64,000 nt of DNA from IMG/VR virus record IMGVR_UViG_3300014043_000004, positions 1 through 64,000 of that record; one strand, 5' to 3'. The stretch is from a virus. Its lineage: Duplodnaviria; Caudoviricetes. Position numbers and translations under genes: made by a program. Under the pieces are notes generated by a model. The model saw nothing but the letters and a program-made list of their open reading frames with translations. It searched no databases and was not told the origin of the DNA. Positions 41,901 to 55,215 of the stretch are shown piece after piece. Position 1 is the stretch's first letter, and the number at the start of each line of letters is the position of its first letter.

Positions 41901-44900
41901 CACATCGTCATCCAAACCAACATTTGAATACTGTAACAAACGATTCTACACAACTCTTCTACCAGTTGGGTTTCCGTTGGCATCGAGAACGTCTTCTTTT
42001 AATCCGTTGTTCGCTACAATAAGTCCAGCACGCTCAAGCATTCTTACGTTTTCGTTGAATCCTTCCTCCAACGTAAGCATCATGATCTTTCTTCTCTCCT
42101 ATATAGGAAGATCAAAGAATTCTTCTTTAGCTCTTTGTAAACATTCTTCTGGAGTTTTGTCATAATCGTTTAAAAGGATAAGCTTCTTTTCGCCTTTTTC
42201 ATCCATTTTTACGATTTCAACAAGACCACTAAAACGTTTCTTATTTTCATTGAAAAATTCAATAAACGGGAACGGAGTCTTTCGATTTATCTCCCTTTCT
42301 ACAGCTAACATTTCGCACTCAGCATACTCCAACATTTGATCTATTTGTTCGTTAGAAACATTGTAGTCAAACATTACGTGTAAATCTTTTGATGCTGCAT
42401 TTTGCCCAGGAATTATACCAAGAGTTAAAAGTTGATTGCTTGGAACATTCTAAAGGTTTTTATAGTTTAACCCAGGAACTCGTACGCCAGTTAGGTAGAA
42501 CCACGTAGACTTATCTGAAAGTGTCGGGAATATAATACCGCCGTCTTTCAATATAGCATATTTTGCAAGCCAGTCTTCTCTTTCCGTTATATCGCTATAA
42601 GATTTACCACCAGTTCTATCACCATCCATCATGATACCTCCGTGAGTATGTAGAACAAGGTTTATCTTTCCGTTGTTGAAAACGTGCTTTATAATGAGAG
42701 AACCTATTGGAATAGCCGCATGTTTACCGGTCTTTACAAAGTTATATATGTAATTAGCCATGTCTCGCATAATACGGCTTTTCTTGAATTCTCGTTTATT
42801 TGCAGGCTGACTTGTATCACATTCCGCATCGTTTATATCGAGAGTTATATCAGAAACAGTGTGTGACTGTGCCATAAGATAACGTTTTGTACCTTCCGGT
42901 CCATTTGTCATCAACTCCTTAGTACTCTTGTTATAAGCAGATTCAGCTTCACCGAACCAACAAACTACCGAATTGTCAGTATACAAGTTTGCACCAGATG
43001 CCTATTGTCCTTCTTTCCTAAACTTACCTCTCTTTATTTCTTTTATCTCTTTTCTAGATTGTGAGAGGAGTTTTCCACCTTTTTCTGTAGCGTGCTTCTA
43101 AATATAATCTATCTTATCTAAGAACGTCTTATAGCTAAGACCGTTTGGATTTGCTTCTCCAAAAAAGTCCAACAAACATCCAGACAATCTTCTGCTTCTT
43201 CCGTACTTTTGTTTGAGATAGTATTCAAAAGCGTCTCTACTGATATCAATACCCAACGTGTTCAAAGCAGAAACATACTCGCTAATCAGTCTTCTGACAT
43301 CGTCTTGATTTGCTTTATCGTAGCTTCTTCCGTGTAAAGTTAAATCTTTAGTATTTTTTGTACTTCTAATTATCCTATACACTTTGTGTATTGTATCTAC
43401 AGCATCATTTAACAAAGCTTCTCCGTCTTTAGTATACTCGTATTCTCCAGATGGCGTCATCTTAAACACTCCGCTAAATCCGCTGACTAACTTCAAGAAC
43501 CAGCTTCTCGGATATACTCTGGCTGCGTAATCGTCACTAGTCTTTTGAACTTCTGTGTTGTACTGGTTATCCAAAAGCTCGCCTTCGTCATCCATACGCT
43601 GAGATATCTTTACCCGTATGAAATCAAGTCTTTGACATGCTACAAAATTGAACAGCTAAGTGACAAACGACTCCATATCAGGATCAACTTGCGTTACAGC
43701 GCCTTCGATTCTGTTTCCAGTGTCTTCTCCGTCTTCTACCCAAGTATAATAATAACCATTCTCGTCTCTGTGTTGAGCATAGCTCTTGTCTGCTACAGGA
43801 TTTCCGTTATAGAAGATTATGTTCTTACCCGACTTGCTTTTTAAAATTTCATTTTGCTTTGCACTATGGTATTTTATAGCTATTCTGTAGAATATAGGAT
43901 CGTCTTCTGCTAACTGCTGTAATATTTCATCAAGCTCTTCGGCATTCTTTACACCATTGCATTCAGACAAGAGTCGCTGACTTACGGTCTTCATGCTCAA
44001 AAACGTCTTAAACCCGAGGAGCGTCGATCTATTCTTAACCAACACAGGAGTTTCAACAACAGTTCCGTCTTTCTTGGTCTTCTTTGTAGTAGTACTTGGA
44101 ACGATTCCAGCTTCCACATCTTCTTGGGTTGCGAAATGTTCGTCAGGTATACTACTTAGGAAGAAACGAATTGCTGCAGTAGCGTCATCGGTTCTAGAAT
44201 GATCAAAGAAGTAATCACTGTGATCTGCAATATCAGTTCCGAGTGTACCTCCGCCTGGCTATTCTGGATCCGGACTACCGTCCTGATTTCCTATGGCATC
44301 AGCTTGTTGTTCATAAGTCTATAATTCAGAATCAATACCCATCTTAGCAAGACGTCTGTTTACTTTTTGTTCAACAACAGGCCATACTTTATCTGAGAAC
44401 AGTTCTGCCATCATCTTCTACTTTTGGTCGAGCTCGTCCTTTGTGAAAGATCCCTCGTAGTCGAGAATTGCCTGAATTTTAGCAATCTTCTTTCTCTTTG
44501 AATCTTTCTTAAAAGCATCCCACTCTTCGTCAGTCATATCTTCACCCAACTGCTCCATGTACTCACGTACAACTTCTTTTACCTCCGGAGTATTTCCAAA
44601 CAATGTAAGATACATTCTCGCATCGTCTGCGTTCATTTCGTCGCCTTCGTTTGCATACTCTCCGGTAAGAACTCTAAACCAAGAAGAATGTTCAGTCTTT
44701 TCTCCCTTCTTATACAACGTTTGTACAGATTTTAAGTCTGTCTTCAACTTAGAAGCATTTTGCGCAAGATCTCGAACATCATAACTAGTACATAATGCAT
44801 ATATAATACAGCTTACGGCGTCATCAAAGAAGTCTTTTCCACCTATTGACGGGAACTCTTTTAAATTTACTGATCGTTTTTCACCTTTTATTGAAGTACT

Positions 44901-47900
44901 TATCGTAAGATTAGCTATACCTCCCAATTGGCTTACAAAATGAGCTACGTTTTTAGCGTTCGGTTTTACAAATCTGAACATACCACTGTTTGCGATCAAG
45001 AACAACAGCGCAATCTTTTTACTGCCAAGAGACCTAAGACCGTCTATCATTTGCTTCAATTGTCCAAATGTTTTTGACAAATCTTTGAACTAAACATGTT
45101 CTCGGTCTGTCATAAAATATCTAAACATCTCTGCAAATGCTTCAGAAATGTCTTTATCTGTCAGATCTCTTCCAGTTTGCTCTTTAAATGTAGCATTGTG
45201 CTTGTTGTAATACTCGTCATATAAACGTTCTCTTATGAAATTCGGGAGTAATATCTCCATGATCCTATGGAAGGCTTCGTGATATTCGGTTCCCTCTGGC
45301 ATTTTGTCATAAAGTTCGAACGCATCAGCAGCAGTCTGTCCAACAACAGCAGCTCCACTCTTTAATATATCGATGACATGAGGAGTCCACTTTACAGGAA
45401 CAAAACCAACAAGTCTACGCATACGTTTTACAATCTCATCTTTTTCTTCATCAGAAAGATGCTTCTTACGTAACTTCGACCTGTCGACATGCATTTGTCC
45501 ATAATCGGTATCGTCGTCTTCGTCAGAGATAAGATTCATGAGCTCTTCGTCAGATATCGTATGCTTTCTCTTCTTAGATCCTTTTTTACGAACCACTGGA
45601 GTTTCTTCATCTTCATCGGGTTCCGGTTGTGGAGCAATCTCTTGTTCTACTGGAGCAGCAGCGTTTTCTTCTGCATTAGAAGTTCCAACTTGTACAGGTT
45701 TGTCATCTTCTGGTAATTCTTGTCCTTCTACACCCAATTCGTGGATACTTATGAGAGGATTTTCTATACCGACGGCGTTTACTTTAGCTATTCCATGTCT
45801 AATAGCCCATTCTATACCAGTAAGTCCTTTTTCGATATCTTCTTTATCTATAACAACTTCGTCTGTGATTCTTATACTTTGAATATCTTCGTTGCCTTCT
45901 TCAAAGAATACAGATTTGGATAAATCAATAATAGACTATAAATTACCAAGTGGAGATTCGTCTGTTGTGTTGTTTAACCGAAAACGCATATTACCAAACT
46001 GGTTTATATGGAATTCTACATGGCTTAATATATTGTATAAACGTTGAACATCTTCTTCTTTATCTAACCGCAATATTACAGGATCTCTGTGTAACATTCC
46101 GTCTTCGCCTCTACGAGGCTCTTCGTCCATTGCAGTTATAGTTATAGCAAGATGGCCGTTTAACAAATTATTTTCGCCGTCTCTAGCATAATCAAAAACA
46201 AACTCGTGTCCAGCATATTCTGCAGCCTATCCAAATCTTGTAAACAACTTTATTACCTTCTGTCTTGTTAGGCCTGGTATTTGTATTTTCTTGGTACTTC
46301 CATCTTTGAGTACTGCTGTTATCTTTGGCAAAGTGCTTAATTTGCCACCAGCAGCTACGTTTTTAAGAATTGCAACTAACGCTTTTGCAGTATCAGACGG
46401 ACCTTTTTCGTCCACTAATTTAAATCCTTTCAGAGTAATAGGTACAATTCTTGGTTCTGCATCTTCGGGATCTTCATCGAATTTGAATTTATACAAAAAC
46501 ATCACAGTACCTGGTGGAATTGTATCAAAATCACTTCCTGGTTTTACCTACAATCTTTGTTTGGGGTGTTTCAGACCAGCGTCAGTATATTCCGGACTCC
46601 ATAGTGGGTGACGTTTTCCGTCAGTAATTTCAACGATGTTTCCATCTTCATCAACCACACCGATTATACTATTGTCTCCATCCAGCATTTTACCATATCT
46701 GGGATCATTTTTACTGAAGAATGCCGTATCTTCCAGATTAACATCTTTATCTGAATATACCAAGGTTCCGTTTGTACGTTCAACTTTAGTAGCAATTATA
46801 GTTTTTCCAGGGAACATTTGTTTTAACTGGAAGAATTGTTTTATGAGATTTCTACCCATAATGCTATACAAAGTTGAATTTAATCCTTGTGATTGATGGT
46901 TCCTTGCTTCTCCTACGGCTTCGTTTCCAAGACGAAGATTTATATCTTTAAATGTAAATCCTCTATACTTTATAGTAACTTTTAATACGGTAGATATACT
47001 GTCTGTTGGTTTGTCACTATGATCTGCGTTGTCTATAATAAATGTTGCGTTTTTAATAAAGTCGTTCTTTATTACAGACTCCATGTAGTGTGGAAGTTCC
47101 TTTACGTGTTTAGACCAAGAATACAAATTGTTAAATTGCCACCAAAATTCTCTAGCACTATCTACAACTTCTTCTAGTTTTTCATATACCCATTCTTTGC
47201 CAGTTTTGGTTGGCGGAGTTGGAGGAGTTTCTTCAACTTCATCTCGATTTGCTTCTTCTATTTCTTGATCCGCTTTTTCCGCCAGTCGTGAAATACCAGC
47301 GCGTCTAGATCTTGCGTTTTCTAAGAGCTGGTTTACATATACAGAATCTGCGAGCTTCTAATCGTCATTTAGTACTTCTTTCAACGACTCGATTGCGTCA
47401 TAATAATCACTTAACGCAGAAGCTAGACCGTCTCGTGTTTCTTCTAAAACATCCGGGTCTGCTCCGTACTAGCTTACATCAGCAAGTACTTGATCGTACA
47501 TAGAGATTTCTTCATTCACTTCGGCTTTTCTGTCAGAAACATTAGATTTTGACAAGAAGCTGTCAATTTCATCTAAATCTGACTCTAACTCTTTTACAGA
47601 AGTCAAATCTACCGGATCGTATACGTGTACTTCATAGATGGATGTAACTTTATCATCTTCTGTTTCATATCCGACATAGAACGGAATTATCTCCAAAGAT
47701 GCAACCTTTGCGCCAGGTATCTCTTGTTGTATGAGGTTTCTATAAGCTGCCAACTGTCTTGCGTACTGAGCAGCATATGTACGTTTTCCTTCTACCGCAC
47801 CGTGATCTTTTGTAGCAAGTTGTGTTAAAAAGTCAGAAGATACTCTACGATTCGCTCCTTCTGGAATCTAGTCTTCGCTATCTACAGCAAGCCATCCTTT

Positions 47901-50900
47901 CTCTTCTACAACATCGTCGTCACCAATAGTTGGTATAACTCCTTCGTATTGCAGATAAGTTTCGAATCTATTTGCATTCCTAGTTGTCTTAAAGTCAAGA
48001 ACGTGAATACGACCCTGTTGGTCTACTGCAATCATATCAGTAGCTCCAGCGAAACGTGTACCCATACCAGTCTGACCATGCCATACGAAATCATCTGTAT
48101 ATACAACCCACTTAAGCTCATTAAATCTGTCTCTGAGTTTTTTCAGTTGAGATATTACAGAATTAAACGTAGACTGAGACATGTTGTATTCCGGTTTGTT
48201 TTCTACAACACCTTTATTCTTAAAGAAGTCTCTAGCAATACTGTCTATATGAGTACCTACGATAAGTGCCGGGTTTGTAACGAATGACGACAGTATTGAT
48301 GAAATTGCATCTACAACTCCGTCTTGCGTAAGAACACTTGTTGATGTATACGGACTTAGATCTATCTTATAGTATTTGTATTCATAAGAGTCTGCACCAA
48401 ACGCATCTTCTAGTTTTTTATTATACTCATCCTATAATGTTTTTACTTCTTTTTTAAAGTCGGATTTGTCAGATTTTTCGTATAATGGAGCAAGTATTGA
48501 TTTTATTCTATTCTCTTCATCTATTTCGTCTTGAGTCCTGTCAAAAATAGGATCTAAAATACCATGCACACGTAAAAACCTAGTAATCCTGTTCCCTATC
48601 TTTAGGAAGTAATCATGAGGAGATGGTTTTCTGTTACCAACAAGTTTTTCGTCTTTCTTAAGCTTATCTTCCAGTTTTGCTCTTACGCTCAACTGTTTTT
48701 CGTTTTCCTCAAACTCTGTAGACTCTTCTTCCGGTTCTTTATTAAGTAGCTCGTCTATTTCTTCCGCTGTCATTTTAGAAACTTCTCCAGTCTCTATGTC
48801 AATAACTTCATAAGAATAAATACCACAACTGTTTTCTTCATCTATGCTTTCAAGTACAGACTTTGCAATCGTGTACTTTTTCCCAGACGTTGTAATGATC
48901 TCACCAGACGGATATTTTCTTAATGAAATAGGACTGTTTATCTTTCCGACAACAGATCTGGCAGGATCGTTTGGAGATATTGTCTCAGTTCTTCCAGATG
49001 GGTATTCTACAGTAAGAGAACCGTCTTCTGCTTGACCTACAACAATCGCAGACGTCTTATCTCCGTTTTCGTTACTTACTTCAACGTATTCTCCAGGTTC
49101 ATACGATATTATAGGTTCTGGCTCTGGTTCTTGAGCCGGTTCTACAACAGGCTGTTCTTCAACCTCTTCCTCAGAAGCTTCTTCTTGTGGTTGTACGCCA
49201 CCGTTGTTTATATTAGAATTAGCACGTCTACGTTTTTGCTGCTCTTCTATAGATTTCTCCTCTCTAGTCTTTGCCGTATCGTATTCTACTCTATCAAACG
49301 GCATCGAAGTTCTATCTATAGAGCCGTCCTTATGCCACCTGTGTTTTCTGTATTTTCCGTCCTCAAAACGCACAATATAGTATTCTCCGTCGTATCCTTG
49401 ATAAAGATCTCCGTTTTGTACTGGTCTAGCTTGAGCTTTTTCGTATTCTTGTATACGATCTATATAGTCTGCTTCAAGAATTGCTTCGAGTTTTTCGTCA
49501 GATCTTGTCCTAGCATCCCATTTATCTAACACCCATTGAGGGTTTTGATGGAACTGTTTGTACTGTTGATCAGCTAACAAGAAGTCAAACTCCAGCAACT
49601 CTCTTTCTCTCAGCATGTCCGCATAGCTATCCAACAAGTCAGATGTAGACAAAGCGGACTCGTTGTACTCTATACCATTTTTCTAAGCTTCTCTTCTTGC
49701 AGCAGTTTCCATAAGTTGACGCAGATACACACCTTCGTCAGACATATTTAAAGCAGCTCTAATATCATCTTCTGTTTCTACGTTTATTCCAGATTTTGCA
49801 AGAGTTTCTTTTATCTAGTTTAACCTAGCCTTACTTCTATTCAAGAATACGTCTTCTCTACCACTCAGTTTTTGAAGTTGCGTGTAATCTTCTACAAGTT
49901 TAAACAAAGATAGAGCTTGTACAAGCAATTTTGCTCTATCGAACGTTGTGATTTTTGGCTTTAATATATCCTCGGCTCTTTGCTCTTGTTTTTGTTTCGC
50001 AGAAACAGTTTCTCCTGTAGGAAGTTGTTCGTCGTATTGTTCTTCAGAATATATTCCGTATTGAGGATTATCTTCGGCAATCGCACTCTCACCCAAAAGT
50101 TCTTGTTGTTCTTGATCTGCTTTTTGTAGTGCTTCAAACTTTTGAGCTCTACGTTTACTAGCAAAGTTCTCATAGGCAACAAGTTGTGCATATTTATCAG
50201 ATCCTGGCTTTGCATTAGCTTTAGCTCCTATTGCACGCATCTATAAAGAATTACCAAGTTCGTATATATCTTCATAGTCCTGCTCTTGCTAGTCTATAAG
50301 TTCTGTTGGAATATGATGCTTATCTTCACCTAACATTACTTCAGGATCAGCTTTTTGCATTGCGTCGTCATGAATACCAGCTATCTTTCTATAAGCCTCG
50401 AATTTCTTATGCATTTCTTCTTTCTGATCTTTAGAAAGGTATTTTGCATAAGATCGATTTTGTTCAAGTTCAGCAACATTACCTCTTCGTTCAGCATCAA
50501 TGTTAGCTGCAACAATAGAAGCCAGTTTATAGTCGGAAATGGTGTTATGCATCCGTACACCAACCTGTAAAGAATTTGGACCTATCAGCGTAAGCAGAGG
50601 AGTGGCATTCATTTGAGAATAAACATCAGCTTCTCCTAGCATTTCTGGATCATCCTGATTTAACCAGATATATGCAGCTCTAGATCCAAGCAACATGTCA
50701 TCAAATACACGTTGGAGTAAAGCTCTATTGTGTTGAACATCGTAGTCAAAATCGTCTCTAGCATTCAGTGCCTGTACACCTTCTTGACCCATCTCAGAAG
50801 CTGTGTCCAGTCCTACACGACCTGTAATATTACCGGCGCCTTTTCCTATCGCAGCAGCCTTTAACCATGCTCCTGGTATTCTTGTAGCAAATGCTCTAGC

Positions 50901-53429
50901 TTTCTAATATCCTCTTGCTATTTTATCTTCTACGCCAATCCACTTTAAACCTTTGTGAGTACCGTATAAAGAAGCTCCTCCAACAAGTGCGCCGGCAGCT
51001 GCTCCCAACACAGATCCGTCACTTTCATAGTAACCACCTAATGCGCCAGCTGTGCTTCCAGCAACTACTCCAAGAGGTATCTTAGATGTTTTATCTGCAA
51101 ATTTTATTACGCCGTTTTCTACAGCCCTTGTTATTTTGTTTTCTGCAAGCTTGACACCTAGATTATGCATCCCATCTTTAAATCCAGCAAATCTGGCAAA
51201 AGCATCTGGATGATTGTTCATCATATATCTATTAAACCTTAGTTTATTAGACTGATGCATAATTTTAGTGGCTCTTGCTAAGTATTTAACAGTACTTAAA
51301 TTTGCTATATCTACAATAGACCCTATTGCAGCATCTGCAGTATTTACAGGCTGATCGTTGTAGAATTGGTTATTTGCACCGATTATAGCGTCGGCATGCA
51401 TCTTTGTTATTTTCGGATTCTTAGACTACCACACACCACTGAGAAAAGCGTCCATTATAAACTCTCTCTTTTTATCATCGCTAAGTTGATTCAGCAAATT
51501 TCTTGGTGTAGTACCTTCGTAATCCCTAAATAAATATTTTGCACTTACGTTTACAGGCTTAGAAAGCAATGCTTTCTCTCCCTCTTTTAAGAACTCTTCA
51601 TAATTTCCAGCTGTATGCAGTAACGAAGAAAGTCTTTGAGCTACTCTATCAGAAGATTCTATGTTGTTTTCGTCAGATCCAGCAGATTTATCAGCTTCGA
51701 AAGATGCTCCGATCGATCCAACTTGAATCAGCGCTGACGTACCACCAGTAGTTGCGGCGCCACCTATTATACCAACTGCTTTCGAACCGACGCTTATTAT
51801 ACTCTTCCACCAAGAAGAATTCGATCCACCTGCAACACCAGACCACCCGAATTGAGCCATTTTAACAGGATCTGACCAATCAAAATTACTCTTCTCTAGT
51901 AATCTTTCCTGTGCACTATAATACGGGTCTACGTTCGCTTTTAAGCCCAAAACATTATTACCAGTCTTCCAATCAACAATGTCCTGTGCGTCAGTTAACG
52001 CTTGTTCTTTCCACACTTCCTGCTTTTCTGCATTTTTTGCATTAAAGTCTGTGAGTTGTTTTTTTATACCAGAGGTAGCCTTTGTAATTTTTTCTAGCCA
52101 TTTGTCATCTCGTACACGTTCTCCAAGCAGTTTTTGAAGATCGTCCAGTTTACCATCTAATCCGTATAAACCGTTTCTAACGCCACCGATATCATCATCT
52201 ACAATCTTATCGACCATTCCTGCTATATATCCCGCTGTAGTTGGAGCCCAACTTGCAAGATTGTTTGCATTTTTCCACCATTCGTTGGTCTATAAGCGTT
52301 GTTGTATTTCTTTATTTTCGTCAAGAATCTGATAGTATATTTCTCGTCTCTGAGGATCGAGATTCCAAAATCCACCTACAGACTTTGCTATTTGATTGTA
52401 TCGTTCAAGCTGAACTAAGTTGTTTGCATATCTCTCAATGTCGTTTACGTTTCTTATAGTATTATTTGAAAGATTTACAAACTCTTTAGATCTTTGAATC
52501 TGACCTGTGGAAACTTTCATCTGACTCTCGTTTGTTTTCAACATAAAATCAGACATGAAAGATTTTGAATGTTGTGACCCAACCCAATCTGCTATTTGTT
52601 TTCCAACATCCATTGCAGCATACTCGTCGCCAGTTGGTCCAGCAATACCGTAACCTAAAGGCTTTGGTGTATTTTGAGACCAATCTCCATAATAGTTATC
52701 AGATTGTTGTACAGCATTCAATTCTGCGAGCTCTTGCTATTCTTGTTTTGCAAGATTTTCGTTAATCTCATTTATCCTTTCGTAACCGTATTGTGGGTCA
52801 GTTAGCGTTCGATATGTAATAATTTCGTTTACTTCGCTATTTGTAAGACCTTTATCTTTATTTACCGTACTAAACATGTTGTGCTCCCAGATTCGCCTAT
52901 TATAACGCTCTGGGGCACTTTCTTTCTTGTTTAAATCGTCCGTTACGAACGCATTATACATGTTGACAGCAGCTTTCGCTTGTTTTGTCACAGGATCGTT
53001 TTGTATCGTCGGATTGGCAGCACCTCTCAGAGATTGTCTCACTGCCCAAGCTTGATACGCATCCTGGTCTAATATAGACGGAACAAACTGATCTTTAAAT
53101 GCGTTTGGATCGCTAGTACGTTTTAAATAATCTTGTGCAGATTCCGTAGCATAAGACCTTCTTGGTGTAGCTATTTCTGGATTTGGCAGCTGTGTATTCT
53201 TCTCTTCTAATATACTAGAATCGTTTTCCTGAGTATCATTTTGCTAAACATTTTCTTCTGGCTGCTCATAAGATCTTTTTGCTTCTTCCTCAGCCTACGC
53301 CATCTTGTCTAAGATGTCCTATTTTGCATAGTATTCATCTAACCGTTCTTTAGCCTATTGTTGTATCTAAAGATCCTCCAGCCTTCTTCTGGCTTGCCAT
53401 CCTGGTTGATATTTTCTTTTTTTGCTCAT
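35955..53429 (-). CDS. ~5,824-aa protein containing virion RNA polymerase (TAG=Gln)
   Basis: 28 fragments in one frame; DFDID at 39846-39860 and RIPTQ; HEAFH at 45267; PD-(D/E)XK ~47.7-48.3 kb; NADAR-like C-terminus. Gaps not all checked for TAA/TGA. Confidence 0.8.
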
Positions 53430-53434
53430 AATGT

Positions 53435-55213
53435 TTATTTAGATGTTTTTTGCTAAGGTTGACCAAATCCTAATAATTCTGGCAACGTTACTGAAAAATC
53501 GTATCCTGTACCGTTTGTATCTATTCCAGACATGTATACGTCACCTTGTACAGCATCCATAAGTCTCTAGTCTTGTGTATTCGTAACTGGAATACCACTA
53601 GTGTCGTTCACCTTTCCTGTCTTTTTGTCTACAGTTCCGAGATATCCTGCACGAGGATCGTCTTGTATAGATTTAATGTGACTGTCAAAGTAGAAATCGC
53701 CTCCATTTCTAACTACAGTTGTTTTGTAAGTCGGAGTTGCTCCGTTTTTAGCATCTAGCTGTACGCCATTTTGTTTACCAACGGTAATCTTTTGTATTCT
53801 GAAGTAGTTTTCATTAGTTGCATCTTTCATATATGCACCATAAACACCTCCGTTAAATGTAACATCAATATAGTCCGCATTTTCGAATAACTTCCTACTA
53901 GTAGAACGTTTAGGTCCTCTAAATCCTGTAGTATTTGAAGTAACTTCTCCTTTCGAATATATTCTATTGGCGTCACTTGGGTATATTCTTATTGTATTAT
54001 TGTCGACCATATTCCATCTTGGAACAGGTTTTCCGTCTACATATTTATAATTAGACCCAACCAAGAAAGAAACTAGCGCAGACGGATCATATTTAACACG
54101 TTCGTATCTATCTACGAACTGATTTATACCAGAATAAGAACCGCTCTTACCGTTTGTATTCTTACTTACTTGTTTTCCGAATGCTATCTAAGCGTCTCTT
54201 TGTGTACTCAATATGGCTTTTCCATCAGTACCCCAATCTTGTATAGGTTTCCCGGCAGCGTTTGCGGCAGTATTTCTACGTAAAACTTCCATAAAACTCC
54301 ACTGCGGTGTATTCTGTTGCTAACCGCCGCCTCCTCTAGAAGCTCTTGCCGCTCTCATCCTAGATGCATCTTCTTGTTGCATCTTCCAAAGCTCATTGAT
54401 TTTTCGGTTTCTGTGAGTCTTTTCATTATTTGCAGCTACTATATTATTTTTAAACTGCTGCATTATTTGAGCATCTGTAGGATTTACAACTCCTTGTCTC
54501 AACAGATCGTTTTTAGCATTATTATAATGAAAACGTCCAAGATCACTATTCAACAAACCTCCTATAGTATCTGGCGTAAGAGACTGCATCATCTGTTCCG
54601 GAGTTATTCCATACCAATCGTAATGATCTTTGTCCGTACCTATATATGAATCCTTAATGGCATCAAATATATGAGTAGTAAACTGATTAAGATCTTGATA
54701 TTCTGCAGGAGCCGTTCTTGTCCACATACCATCTCTAGCTGTATCCCAGTCTTCCAAGGATCTACCTTTTAGGATCATTCTTTCAAACTCAGGGTTCCAT
54801 AGACCTTTACTCTATAATGTAGCTTTGTTCTTAAGATATTCTTTTGCATCAGCGGCACTCTACTTAAGTTGATTAATCTTACCTACAGGCATACTGTTGA
54901 TCCATCTAGAGATAGCAGCTCTACCTTCAGCAGAACGAAGAGGATCTATTCCTTGCGCATACAGATTGTTTATAAGATCTCTAGTAGCACCGGTAACTTC
55001 CTGATCGTACCATTCCATATCCTTCTATATAGGACTAAAGAAGTCCCCAAAGTTCTTATTGAATTCTTTGAGGTCTTCTCTTCCTTGCATATAGTCTTCT
55101 CTCATAGCATTAACGTAGTTGTTCTATGCTCTTAAGACCATATTTGCCATAGTCGGATCAAATATCTATCTACTCCCGTACTCAACGGGTTTTTCTAATC
55201 CTAATATAACCAT
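53435..55213 (-). CDS. ~592-aa virion internal protein (TAG=Gln)
   Basis: ATG 55213 to TAA 53435 with in-frame TAG fragments. Confidence 0.7.
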
Positions 55214-55215
55214 AA

